In this document: in pieces, positions 63,696-64,000 of the stretch
Numbering within the stretch: the first letter of the stretch is position 1
Layout: each line of letters begins with the position of its first letter
Made by a program: the position numbers and the translations under genes
Assembly (NCBI GenBank): GCA_048128005.1
Contig: JBEUKZ010000065.1
Span: forward strand, 124,001-188,000
Direction of reading: 5' to 3'
Source: Veleropilina oligotropha
Taxonomy: Eukaryota
DNA length: 64,000 nt
The notes under the pieces: model-generated
The model's database searches: none
The model's input: the letters and a program-made list of their open reading frames with translations, nothing else
What the model was told of the DNA's origin: nothing

Positions 63696-64000
63696 ACTTT
63701 TTACCATTGGTGCACCCTCTAATGCAATCCAGCAGTCTTTCCTGTATATTCAATAGGAACGTCTATCTTCTGAAAATATGAATTACCTAAAAAAATTGAA
63801 ACAAGGTTTTTCAACTGTTTTAGGTAGCATCAGGTGTCCTTTCTAACATACAAAAAGTCTACCAAAATCTGACCTCTGGAAAGGTCAAATTTTCAATATG
63901 GCATCCAAGATGGCGGCCAAACACTAAAATGCCCATTGCTCCTTTATTATTCATCTTAGAAAAGTAATTGGATTCCTAGACCCCCAAAATGTGGGGTTAG

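Overview
This is AT-rich animal genomic DNA, probably from a marine invertebrate (inferred from the repeat types; the species cannot be named). I could not identify any host protein-coding gene with confidence, and the long ORFs in the track are artefacts of tandem arrays. The window reads as a very large intron or regulatory region full of repeats. It holds about 14 unrelated minisatellites (15-58 bp units) and 8-9 Helentron-associated (HINE/pearl-like) elements, all in the same orientation. There are five CAG-ended TIR transposons with 5- or 6-bp target duplications, one retaining a zinc-finger transposase N-terminus. Also present are a short Helitron with its empty site visible in a paralog, three tRNA-derived SINEs, a CR1 LINE fragment from which a minisatellite arose, and several palindromic MITEs. 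A minimal Penelope-type hammerhead ribozyme with an intact catalytic core lies at 63654-63695, and an inverted pair of degenerate hammerheads at 46909-47041. Weak splice signals, strand asymmetry and element orientation suggest a long minus-strand transcription unit. I see no CRISPR array and cannot claim a wholly new system; the best leads are listed under findings.
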